A stretch of 64,000 nt of DNA from Squalus acanthias (GCA_030390025.1 JASTWF010000036.1:1240001-1304000), one strand, 5' to 3'; numbered from the stretch's first letter, positions 26,254 through 36,976 are shown. Notes: generated by a model from the sequence alone, not told the origin. Translations and numbers: made by a program.

Positions 26254-26828
26254 CATGATGCGGAGATGCCGGTGTTGGACTGGGGTGGACAAAATTGAGA
26301 GGTCGCACAACACCAGGTTATAGTCCAACAGTTTTATTTGAAATCACAAGCTTTCGGAGCTATCGATTGCCCCTTCCTCAGGTGAAGTAAATAGATACAG
26401 AATCGCCAAAGCATATATAGATAGAGAACAAAGCATGTGTACCTTACAATTGCAGACCACTAAATTAAATCATCCTGACTATCTGCCGAGGTGTGATAAA
26501 GTTAATCAGGTCAGCCAGGAAGGTACCACATCAAAGACATAGCAAGATACAACTGAGACAATGAGGTGTAGTCGCAGGGGTTCTAACGTGTCAAAAGCTG
26601 CCGTCTGTATGTAAAACGAAAAGCTTTAAAATTTTTACTTTTTTACTGGGAAAATTTTTACTTTTTTACTGGGAATCACATCTGTGAACAAGCCAACGAT
26701 GACTCGAGTCCGGATCACGTCATGTATCGTGACATAAACCCAAGATCCCGGTTGAGACCGTCTTCATGAGTGCGGAACTTGGCTATCAGTTTCTGCTCGA
26801 TGATTTTGCGTTGTCGTGTGTTTCTAAG
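26254..26828 (-). mobile_element. 5'-truncated Penelope-like element (family A): GIY-YIG endonuclease C-terminus, 3' region and hammerhead motif
   Basis: The minus strand translates to RQRKIIEQKLIAKFRTHEDGLNRDLGFMSRY, a typical PLE endonuclease end (R...E..LI..F.T...GLN). A CUGAGGA...GAAA motif follows at 26,344-26,385. Minisatellite units flank it on both sides. Confidence 0.85.
26344..26385 (-). ncRNA. Minimal type I hammerhead ribozyme motif (PLE family A)
   Basis: Minus strand: tcac-CTGAGGA-a-ggggc-aatcgata-gctcc-GAAA-gc-tt-gtga. Helix I is tcac/gtga, helix II is ggggc/gctcc, and a palindromic aagctt replaces helix III. Confidence 0.8.
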
Positions 26829-27204
26829 GCTGCCTCTGGGCCACTGGCATTTCCCCCATGGGCACTGGCATTTCTCTCTGGACCACTGGCAAGCTTCCAC
26901 TTGCTGGCGGGATTCTTGTCAGGGGCCCGCCATGAATGCCTGCTGACCCTGACTCAGGAAACTGAACCAGGGTCATGACGGGGTTGGGATTAGTAGGCGT
27001 AAGTCCACCTCGATCCTGTAGGGTCAGGAAGAGGGACATCCAGCTGAGAAGGCATTGATTGAAGGAAATTCTTCCTGGATCTCTTCAGGCCTGTATTATC
27101 CTCAGTTGAAAGGGCCGGCGAATGGGTGACCTATTAAGTGCCTGCCAATAGCACTTTGAAAGCAGATGTTGGTTAGAGCCCTAGGCCGCTGAATTATCCT
27201 TCTT

Positions 27205-27338
27205 ACGATAGCAAAATACTGCGGATGCTGGAAATCTGAAATAACAACAGAAAACGCTGGAAAAACTCAGCAGGCCAGGCAGCATCCGTGGAGAGAGAAA
27301 GAGAGTTAACGTTTCAGGTCGATGACCTTTCGTCAGAA
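27205..27338 (-). mobile_element. Short ORF-less Penelope-derived terminal element (family B) with hammerhead motif and 14-bp TSD
   Basis: Matches the 3' ends of the PLE copies at 49.8 kb and 59.9 kb. Flanked by the direct repeat gaattatccttctt at 27,191-27,204 and 27,336-27,349. Confidence 0.85.
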
Positions 27339-27907
27339 TTATCCTTCTTGTTCTGCTCTGAACTCTCATTGTCCTTTTGGAGGTAGAATGCCCACGACTA
27401 CACACAAACTGCATTATCATCTCAAAGGGACAGGGAGAGCTCAGCTTACAAGGCTACTTCTCTCACATTTGATTCAGCTGTAAATTTCTACCTCAGACAG
27501 CCAATAAACATTTTAAGGGCATCACACATTCAAAACAAATACAACTGTGACTGCTCATATGGCAGTCTATCCTCTGTGGGTTTTAATGTTGTGCCTACAG
27601 CTTCTCTGTTCAAGTTTAGCAATTGGATCTCACCTCAATGTCTTCACCGTTGCTGCATAGATGTGTCACCCATTGTTTTTTTTAAATTCGGGTCATCAAG
27701 ATCAGGCATGGGAAAGAGAACTTTTTCCCACTGCCTCCACCCCGTGTTTGCATTAAGCACTCTCGGGTCAGGCCTAGCAGGGTAAAGACCCCTCTACTGT
27801 GCCACAAACAATGAGCCTTTCCCCCAGTCCCAGAAGCCCTTAACTGCATCAGTGTGATACTTTCCATTTCGCAAACCAGCCGCCCCATGTGCAGTCTGAG
27901 TGAGATT

Positions 27908-28022
27908 AAGGGTCATCGGTCTGAAACGTTAACTCTGTTTCTCTCTCCACAGATGCTGAGTGTTTCCAGCATTGCCTGTTTTTATTTCAAATTTCCAGCA
28001 TCCGCAGTATCTTGCTTTTGTA
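27908..28022 (+). mobile_element. Truncated PLE family B terminal fragment (hammerhead core incomplete)
   Basis: aagggtcatcggtctgaaacgttaactctgtttctctctccacagatgctg...ccagcatccgcagta; lacks CUGANGA. Confidence 0.75.
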
Positions 28023-28244
28023 TTATTACTAACTCGGTACCAATTCGTGTCGCATTGGAGCAGTTTTGTGATGTGGATCCAACTAGGGACTGGATTGAGA
28101 CTCCCCAAACTCGTGTCATGTAGGATCCTTGCAGGCCACAGACAAAGGAGCCTTTCGTCCCACCAGGCTCAGGTGAATGAAAATGCAGGCCCAAGAAGTA
28201 AACAATCAGTGTGCCAACCCACAGAACCACCCAGTAACTGTTAA

Positions 28245-28728
28245 CGCCTTGATTTTAAAATTCTCATCCTTGTTTCCAAATCCCTCCATGACCTTGCCCC
28301 TCCCTATCTCTGTAACTTCCTCCAGCCCCACAACTTTCTGAGATCTCCAATTCTTGTCTCTAGCGCATCCTCGATTACAATCGCTCCACCATTGGTGGCT
28401 GTGTCTTCACTCTTCTATCTGCGCTCTTCTAATTCTGCCCTCTTGAGCATCCCTGATTATAATCGCTCCACCATTGGTGGCCGTGCCTTCTGTTGCCTAA
28501 GCCCTAAGCTCTGGAATTCCCTCCCTAAACCTCTCCACCCCACTACCTCTCTTTCCTCCTTTAAGACGCTCCTTAAAACCCACCTCTTTGACCAAGCTTT
28601 TGGTCACCTGCCCTAATTTATCCTTATGTGGCTCGGTGTCAAATTTTGTCTGATAATCGCTCCTGTGCAGCGCCTTGGGACGTTTTACTACGTTAAAGGC
28701 GCTATATAAATACAAGTTGTTGTTGTTG
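28245..28728 (+). mobile_element. L2-clade LINE 3' end with an internally duplicated segment and (ttg)n tail
   Basis: Translates to DFKILILVSKSLH..P.YL and STIGGRAFCCLSPKLWNSLPKPL..SLSSFKTLLKTHLF; ends ctatataaatacaagttgttgttgttg. Confidence 0.88.
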
Positions 28729-28782
28729 CTGCGAGTGCTACCTTTAAAAAAATCCCCCGGCACGCATGTTTTGGGCACTCAC

Positions 28783-28839
28783 CTTGTGACCAACTAGCGT
28801 TTCCAACTCCATAGAAGTAAATATTTGCTGGAAAACTCA
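28783..28839 (-). other. Candidate internal exon of an unidentified minus-strand transcript
   Basis: Strong acceptor ttttttttctttgcttttcccag and donor AAG|gtgagt around 57 nt, open in phase 1 (SFPANIYFYGVGNASWSQ). No protein recognised. Confidence 0.35.
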
Positions 28840-29146
28840 CTGGGAAAAGCAAAGAAAAAAAACAGAGTATATTTTTTGGTCAACAGTTATAACTGAGCCC
28901 TTTTATGATATAAAATCCTGAGAGTAAGCAGCTTGGTTCCACCACAGTAGGTTCTAGAAATGGAGGGCTTGGATTTCAATTTTTTTTTGGAGCCGAGATA
29001 TTGTGCTTGCACTTGTTCAATCTGCTATAGAGGAAACATTCATATTTTTTCAAACAACTGAAATTTTCAAAGACATTGGAAGGACGTTTTTGCCTTCGGA
29101 GATTTGCTACCGAAAAAACAAGCACGGTTGAGGCATTAAGACACTA

Positions 29147-29297
29147 GTAAAATACTGCGGATGCTGGAAATCTGAAATAACAACGGAAAATGCTGGAAAC
29201 ACTCAGCAGGTCAGGCAGCGTCCATGGAGAGAAAAAACCCAGAGTTAACGTTTCAGGTCGATGACCCTTCGTCAGTACTGTTTTCTGTTGTTATTTG
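29147..29297 (-). mobile_element. PLE family B terminal fragment with hammerhead motif and short inverted tail
   Basis: Same sequence as 27,205-27,338. Followed by ttttctgttgttattt, an inverted copy of internal aaataacaacggaaaa. Confidence 0.8.
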
Positions 29298-29447
29298 AGG
29301 CTTTAAGAACTGGCTATTGTTGTTATTTTTCCCGAATAGTGCCCGCACTTTCTATCACCATGACTGAAATTTGGAATAAGACAGTAAGAGTGGATGACAA
29401 ACTTCCTGAACATCCCACGTTTTGCGGGGGCCATCTTGGTTTCCATT

Positions 29448-29887
29448 CTCAGTGGGTAGCACCCTCGCCTCTCCAGTGACTTGAACACAAAAATCCAGGC
29501 TGACACTTCAGTGCGGTGCTGAGGGAGTGCTGCACTGTCGGAGGTGCCGTCTTTCAGATGAGACGTTAAACCGAGGCCCCGTCTGCTCTCTCAGGTGGAC
29601 GTAAAAGATCCCACGGCACTATTTCGAAGAAAAGCAGGGGGGTTCTCCCTGGTGTCCTGGGGCCAATATTTATCCCTCAATCAACACAACAAAAACAGAT
29701 TGTCTGGTCATTATCACATTGCTGTTTGTGGGAGCTTGCTGTGCGCAAATTGGCTGCCGCGTTTCCCACATTACAACAGTGACTCCACTTCAAAAGTACT
29801 TCATTGGCTGTAAAGCACTTTGAGACGTCCGGTGGTCGTGACAGGCGCTATAGAAATGCAAGTCAGTCTTTCTTTCTTCTTTCTTTC
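29448..29887 (+). mobile_element. SacSINE1-like (Deu-domain) tRNA-SINE
   Basis: tRNA-like head (cagtgggtagcacc), central gtgccgtctttcagatgagacgttaaaccgagg domain and L2-like tail gctatagaaatgcaagt(ctt)n; many sister copies in the window. Confidence 0.8.
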
Positions 29888-30104
29888 ATTCAGAAGTGGA
29901 GATATCAAAATATTGAAATATGGGCTGAGGACAAATGGATTTCAAATCCTGCTAATAAATGCTTGATATATTGGAGCTGGTTTCTAGGAGTCCCCTGAGA
30001 ACGGCCTGAATGAAGATCATGCCATTTAACCATCCTCCTAAGAGGAAAACAGTCAGCCTCCTCTCGCTGCCTGCCCTGAAACACTACAGGTGGAAATCAT
30101 GGGC

Positions 30105-30571
30105 ATCCTTTACAAGGATGATACCAGAACTGAGAGGTTATAACTATTCACTGGCTCTTTTCTCTGGAAAAGAGAAGGCTGAGGGGTGACCTGATGGAGG
30201 TCTTTATAATTCTGAAGGGGTTCGATGGGGTAGACGTAGAGAAGATTCCACTTGTGGGGGAGTCTAAAACTCGGGATCATAAATATAAGATAGTCACTAA
30301 TAAATCCAATAGGGAATTCAGGAGAAACTTCTTTCCCCAGAGAGTGGTGAGAATGTGGAACTCGCTACCACAGGGAGTGGTTGAGGCGAATAGCACAGAT
30401 GCATTTAAAGGAAATCTAGATATGTACGTGAGGGAGAAAGGAATAGAAGATTATGGCTGATCGAGTGAGATGAAGTAAGGTGGAGGAGGCTCATGTGGAG
30501 CATAAACACCGGCATGGACCAGTTGGGCCGAATGGTCTGTTTCTGTGCTGCAGATTCTATGTAATTCTATG
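30105..30571 (+). mobile_element. CR1-clade LINE 3' fragment
   Basis: RRLRGDLMEVFIILKGFD...FRRNFFPQRVVRMWNSLPQGVVEA, then 3' UTR and (attctatgt)n tail. Confidence 0.9.
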
Positions 30572-30581
30572 TCTAAAATAA

Positions 30582-31274
30582 CGGCGTGACTGCTGCCAAC
30601 GAACCGGAAGCTGTTGCCAACGACCAGAAGCTGCACAGAAGCGTTCTGCACATAAATGGCTTAAGTATGAATGTATAATAATATAGTCATATCGCAAGCC
30701 TAAATCTATGGAATCTATGGAGCTATGGGTTGGTTTCATAGAACCATAGAATGGTTACAGCACAGAAGGAGGCCATTCAGCCCGTTGAGCCCGTGCCGGC
30801 TTTCTGCAAGAGCACTTCAGCTAGTCCCACTCCCCCGCCCTTTCCCCGTAGCCCTACAAATTTTTTTCCTTCAGGTACTTATCCAATTCCATTTTGAAAG
30901 CCACGATTGAGTTTGCCTCCACCACCCTCTCAGGCAGATCCTGTATAATAATGTATAATAATAGTTGGTTTAAGTATCAATGTATGATATTTTCACGGAG
31001 GAGGGGGAGGGTTGCGGAGATTTATTTGGACGGCGCACAAGCTCCGTGTGATGGGAAAGGGGAAGAAAATGAATAAAAATGGCCGTTTACTGTGTTTTGC
31101 TGGCTCTGTTCGGCGGCAGCGATCTCTTTTCACCACCCCCTGCCCTCCATTCTCTCTGGAAGTGATTCCTTTGTAATGGCGACAGTATTTTCTTTTCAGC
31201 TAGCGGACAGCCGGAAAAACACGGAAACTGCGCGTGCGCAACGACTTCAACTTCGTTGGCAGCAGTCACCTCCA
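30582..31274. mobile_element. Non-autonomous DNA transposon with 18-bp perfect subterminal inverted repeats and apparent 8-bp TSD; carries a nested CR1 3' fragment
   Basis: gtgactgctgccaacgaa (30,586-30,603) is the exact reverse complement of ttcgttggcagcagtcac (31,252-31,269); taaaataa occurs on both outer sides. Confidence 0.6.
30737..30941 (-). mobile_element. CR1 3' UTR fragment
   Basis: catagaaccatagaatggttacagcacagaaggaggccattc...; the reverse complement matches the CR1 tail at ~34.0 kb. Confidence 0.8.
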
Positions 31275-31283
31275 TAAAATAAT

Positions 31284-32048
31284 GGCCCAGAAATTAAACA
31301 TCGATGGTTCCCGCGGGGGTAAGGATTCCCCGCGATATCGCACTCCGCGCCTACCTTTTTGTTTGGGGCCCACACGAACTTTAGTTTCAGAGCCTCTCCC
31401 TGTTGCAACCGTGCAGTGCTTGCGTGTCCCAGAGGCGCAATTAGTTCGTGCGAGCTCTGGGATCACGTGATTCAGTTAGAGCCAATGGCAGCACACCATC
31501 TTTCATTCATAGTTTTGACAGCAAGAGCTGTCAAAGCTATGAATACTACAAGCCCCCAAAAGAACAGCTAAACCTCAATTAAATTTAAAAAAAATGCCAT
31601 CACGTTAATAAAATAAGTATAGTTAAATAAATTAACCACTTTAAACAAAAAATTAAATTTTTGAAAAAATTTAAAATCTTTTTAAAAGTTATAAAAATAA
31701 ACTTACCTTTCTTTAAAGTCTCTAAAAAAGATAAACCTGTTGAAAAAAATTTAAAATAACACTTAATTAACTACTTACCTTGTTAAAAGGGGGTCCTACG
31801 CCTGCTTTCTTTGTGTGTAAAATCTTCACCACTTACCTGCGCGTTCAAACCTGAAAAAAAAACTAAGTGCACTGTGTGCGCACAGCCTGTAGTGCGCACG
31901 CGGTTCACTTAGGAACCGCCCCCTTTGCAATTCACGAAGTGCCGGTTTCCCGCGCATGCGCAGTGCATGCAGGAAACCGGCAATTCGGGATCGAATACGC
32001 GAGAGTACACAGTGCGTACTCTCGCGTATTAGGTTTAATTTTCGGGCC
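31284..32048. mobile_element. PIF/Harbinger-like MITE, family 1, copy 1
   Basis: TIRs ggcccagaaattaa / ttaattttcgggcc and 3-bp TSD aat; homologous in inverted orientation to 50,064-50,807. Confidence 0.8.
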
Positions 32049-32461
32049 AATGAATCCCAGTGAATTCAACTCATTGTTCTTTCAAGGGGATTCAGTGGGC
32101 TCTTCACAGAATATCAAGTGACTTTGGGCCTAAATGTATTGAGGAATCTTTCTTTCGCAATTAGGAGCAAAAGCAAAATAAATGTGCTCGAACGTGCATA
32201 TTGGTAAAAATAGACCGGTATGAGTTATTCAGGCACGAGATAAATTTGTCTGAAGTAAGCTTCTTGGCTCAATTGATTTTATTCTTGTTAAACACAAAAA
32301 TTCTTTTGTCTTCCCTTCAATATCCAGCTGCTTCTTAACCCAGATCACAGCTGTAACCGAGTTCAATAGGAATGAAATCATTTTCAAGTAGACTGACTCC
32401 AACTCAAAAATAATCCACAATCCAGAGGGCAAGTAACTTTCCTGTTTTTTCCATTTTCTCC

Positions 32462-32798
32462 TCACTCTGGTGCCTCGCCCAACTGACCATTTTTCATGCT
32501 TGAGCCAGGACACTGAGCGCTGACAAGCTGGTCGACTGTGATCGGCATCACAGCCAAGCCTGATCCGCCTCCTGAGATTCGGCAAGTCCTAATCTCACCC
32601 GACATCCACATTCTCGGCCAGGCGTTGCTAGCTGACCACCCCCATTCTAACCAGAAGGACAGCAAGGCCAGTTGTGTCATCTCCATTTGTTGCCCTCGTT
32701 CAGCACGGACCAAGAATCAAACCGGGGAACTTCCACGATTTGCATTGCTCCGTAACCCCGCACAGTCCATTTACCCCCCTGAGCCATCAGGGAATCCC
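32462..32798 (-). mobile_element. Old tRNA-derived SINE (family not certain)
   Basis: The minus strand starts gatggctcag (A-box-like), has ccggtttgattc (B-box-like) and a degenerate body. Confidence 0.45.
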
Positions 32799-32946
32799 AT
32801 AATTGACATTTAATACACAAAACACTCCTTACTTCTTGGAGCCAATTGATCATTTTGTCCGCACAAAGCGATAATAAGTTTCAAACACTGCATTGGTACC
32901 ACCAGAGGCAGTTCCATCTGTGGTAGTAGCTCTGTCATTTAAACAG

Positions 32947-33057
32947 GAAAAGAAAGACTTGCATTTATACAGCGCCTTTCACTACCACCGGACGTCTCAA
33001 AGCGCTTTACAGCCAATGAAGTACTTTTGAAGTGTAGTCAGTGTTGTAATGTGGGAA
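32947..33057 (-). mobile_element. SacSINE1-like 3' fragment
   Basis: Reverse complement of the tail of the 29.4-29.9 kb SINE. Confidence 0.8.
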
Positions 33058-33490
33058 CTAGTGTCTGTGTTGGCACCTCCAGCAATGCCTTCTCCCTATC
33101 TCACTGGAAGTATAGCCAAAAGAAATTGATGCCATTGGGCACTGTGTGCCGCCATTTTGTTTTCCAGCGCCCAGCCTGGTCATGTGACATTTACATTGCT
33201 GGCCTGTTCGGGCCTCCTCCTGACATTGGGCAAGGCCCGCGACCGAACACACGACAGGGTTTTAATTTAAGATAAACAGGCCAACCAACCACAATTAAAA
33301 CTGCGAACACATTTAACCTGCGCACTACCAGAAGAAGTGGACTCCCACAGTCATCAACTTGACTTGGAAGCAGCTGTGCCCGCACGACGAGAGTGGCCGC
33401 TTCTCGTTTGTCACCTGTTTTTGTCTTGTCTACCGGGTCTTTAAAGGGGAGGTTCAGGCTTCAGCGCAATTTATATGTAAAATACTGAAC

Positions 33491-34045
33491 AGGCCACAAC
33501 TGGAGTATTGAGTCCAGTTCTGGTCACCACACTTTAGGAAGGATGTGAAGGCCCTTGAGAGGGTGCAGAGGAGATTTACCAGAATGGTTCTGGGGATGGG
33601 GGATCTTAGCTACAAGGACAGGTTGGAGAAGCTGGATTTGTTTTCATTAGAGCAAAGGAGGTCGAGGGGTGATTTGATAGAGGTGTACAAGATTATGACG
33701 GGTTTGGATAGGCTAGACGGGGAAAGGCTGTTCCCACTAGTTGATGGTACAAGGACTAGGGGGACACAGATTTAAGGTTTTGGGCAAGAGATACAGGGGG
33801 GGATGTGAGGAAAAACTTTTTTACGCAGCGAGTGGTGAGGACCTGGAACTTGCTGCCGACGGAAGTGGTGGAAGCGGAGACACTCAATGTTTTCAGGGGG
33901 AGACTGGATAGGCACTTGAGGGAAATAAACTTGTAGGGCTACGGGGATAGAGCAGGGGAATGGGACTGACTGGATTGCTCTACAGAGAGCCGGCACGGAC
34001 TCGATGGGCCGAATGGCCTCCTTCTGTGCCGTGATGACTCTGTGA
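33491..34045 (+). mobile_element. CR1-clade LINE 3' fragment
   Basis: RPQLEY*VQFWSPHFRKDVKALERVQRRFTRMV..LFSLEQRRSRGDLIEVYKIM plus 3' UTR. Confidence 0.92.
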
Positions 34046-34295
34046 CCTCGCCATGCCACACTTCGTGCCACTGCTGGCGGAGATGACTGGCAAAGTCAAC
34101 CGCATGCCAGCGCGAGGGGGCTTTTTCTTTGGGTCAGGCTTTGAAACTGAAGGCGGGGGGGGGGTGTGCTTTCCACTTCAGTGCGCCCAGTGTCCAGCGA
34201 GAAATTGCACACACCCAGCCCGCGTTCCATAATGGAGGGAAAATCGTGGCTGGTAATGGTCAATTTCTCCATATACACTCCTGGAGAATTCCTCA

Positions 34296-34324
34296 CCCCC
34301 CCCCCCCCCCCCCCCCCCCCCCCC
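34296..34324. repeat. C29 homopolymer (G-quadruplex-forming potential on the minus strand)
   Basis: Run of 29 C. Confidence 0.9.
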
Positions 34325-36741
34325 GCCCAAGACGCTCACCCCCTCCACTTTAAGTGTTAATGAAACAAGTGAGAAGTTCATGGGTGTTTATGAAAATTCT
34401 GCACTCAGTGAAAGAAAGGATGGGATGAATTTAAAATGCACAGAACTCTTCGATTTCTCTGTATTTCAGCCACAGCTCGGGGTGTGACCTCACTGTGTAG
34501 TGACAACGCAAGTGGAAAACCGCCATTTTTCAAACCTCCTCTCATGTAGATAAAAAGATATAAATGAACTGAGGGCCGGTAACGTGGTATTAGAGGACTG
34601 TTCAGTATTTTACATATAAATTGCACTGAAGCCTGAACCTCCCCTTTAAAGACCCAGTAGACAAGACAAAAACAGGTTGTTACAGCCAACTGTGCAACTC
34701 AGCAATTTCAAAAGACATTACATGGATGGGCAATGCAAGAACCAGAGATCTACAATGTTAAGACATTTGTATCATAGTTTCCTGAAATGTCCGTTCATAA
34801 CTTGTGCTTTATTGAAAGGCATAAATATTCTAATTGTGACATAAAATCCGCCAGTAATTCCTGTTGGAAAGTCATCTCATTTATTTGTGCTGGCATGTTA
34901 TTTTAAAGCAGAGGCTTGTTTCAATCGATTACTGTAATTACAGGGTGCGGGAGAACTCCACACAGCTAATTAAGGCGTACAGGCTTTGGGCAACTGTACA
35001 AGAGGGACACAAACCATGGCCAATTAATTGATCAAAAGTGGATAGATGAATATTATAGTATCACGAAGATTTTGATGTAAGTACTAGAAGGTAGGCATTT
35101 AATGCTCTTTGGTGGGTTATAAGGATTCAGTATGGAGGAGGTCAACTCTCAATTAAAGCCATCCATCCTAAAATGGCTTTACTTTCCCGTGATACCACCA
35201 TGTGTAAATTTGTCAGAATGCTTTCAACACTACAGAGAGTTTCTTTAATGCAATGAATTTGTATTTTGCTATGATCTCTATTGAGAATAAGGGATGTTTT
35301 AGCAGGGCTTTTTGGATATTCTGGTAAGCCATAGCTTCATTGCTTCATTAATCTTCCACAGCATTCGAGCTTAAACGGCGAGGCCTATTCTTTACATAGT
35401 TCTTCTGACCCCGTAAGTCAACAGAGTTAAGTATTCGTTTGTTAACTGATATTAAAAAGAATAAGTAGGCTTGAGGTGATAGTCCCTGCAGCAATGTTGG
35501 AATCCAACCAGAAGAACTAAATTTCAAAACTTAATCTTACGTTTAAATTTATCTACTCCCTACATCTCAGTTGGGCTATAAACAAAGCATTGAATGGCAG
35601 CCTGAGAGCTTCAGCTTGAGAGGATTGGAGAGGTAGAGAGGAAAAACTGTCAGGGTTACTCCTGTCATGCAATGCACCTTCTGTTGGTTGATCATGGAGT
35701 GACGATCCCAATGGATTAAGTTGTTCTGTTGTGCAGTAGAAGAAGGAAGCACGGCACCAGAACGAATAGTGCAAGGAAGGAGGGTTGAATAAGCTAGCTA
35801 AAGTTGGTAGGTGAAATCTCATTTACGAGGTATACCTGCAGGATGTTTCTCTCTTTGATCACCCCTCCCTGTTCCACCACACATTCTCCTTCCAATGGCA
35901 AGGTCGCATAACTGAGCCACACAGTGGTTCAATAGGAAACTTGGATCGAGAAGGGTATTCGAAAGATACGTTGTCAGATTTCTTGTGACTTGTGGCACAT
36001 TTGCCATGTTGACGTTAATCGCCACTGCCCAATAAAAGTTCTAAAAGAGACCAACAAAAAAGTTGCAAGACTTTAGGCTGCAAGAACTTTCTGCACAAAT
36101 GCAGGTTGCCAACGCCGTTTTCAGAATGGACCGTTGTCGGAGCTTGATGTGGCAGAAAGCTCCTCATTACTTCTCTTTTAGGCAACGCAATTATCTTGCC
36201 TTTCTGGAAAGGATTGACTTGAGCCACCAGCAAAAGATGGACACTTTCACTCCATCCCCTACAGTGCTGAATAGCTTTAGAAGCCTTTGCGCCATCAGTC
36301 ATTCAGCAGGAGATTGTAAAATTTCTGCACAAGGGCATGACAAGCCTGCAAATGTGTGAGTCTCATCCTTAATGCATGAGGCTTGACAGGTTTGACTTAA
36401 AAGAAGGATTTTTAGGAGAGCTATTTATCACATTCGGTAAAAGATAACCATTTAAACATACCTATTAGTATATGGCAAGTGTATGTCTTGATGCCAATTC
36501 TTGTCTGTAGATGCTGCAAACTCGGTAAGTGGTATGCCCATTATAAGTGAGGACTCTACTTGAAAGAAGGAAATCCATGCTAATGATGAAGGAGGCAGAT
36601 AAAATATGCGCCACCTCTCTATTGTATAAATAATGTACATGTCTCCTATAATATACGCAAGATGCAGACACTAGTGTTAAGTTTTTATATGGTATGCACC
36701 GTACATTGCCTGCTGGATAAGTTAATCAGCCTGCAAGAGCT

Positions 36742-36930
36742 GAGGAGCTGGGTATCTGAGAATGAGACAAGCTAGTTAATGATTGAGGAGATGGGATTTG
36801 AAAACAGGACAGGCTGGTTGATGATGGAGGAGCTTGTGTTTCAGAATGGAATAGTTTAGTTGATGATTGACGAGCTGGTATTTGAAAGCAGGTTAGCTGG
36901 ATTGGAGATGGAGGAGCTGGTATTTGAGAG
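36742..36930. repeat. Degenerate ~42-bp tandem repeat, ~4.5 copies
   Basis: gaggagctgg...ttgatgat motif recurs near 36,742, 36,784, 36,826, 36,869 and 36,910. Confidence 0.65.
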
Positions 36931-36976
36931 TGTATAGGTTATTTTGGTGCCTATCAGCATCTGTGATGGTGTCCAC

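Noticed and set aside
24192..26328. Repetitive ORFs (GPEGNAS, EMPVVQR, WHFPLDH, TGISLWT), superficially collagen- or antigen-like
   Set aside because: All six frames of a 21-bp unit are open, frames swap at unit indels, the period is 7 residues rather than Gly-X-Y, and there is no third-position bias or splice context.
32328..32429. Plus-strand exon with good acceptor and GC donor
   Set aside because: Stops in all three frames; could only be non-coding or terminal, and there is no supporting evidence.
34765..34790. Minus-strand GNYDTNVL, similar to a Josephin catalytic motif
   Set aside because: Stops lie within a few codons on both sides, and no other Josephin sequence is present.
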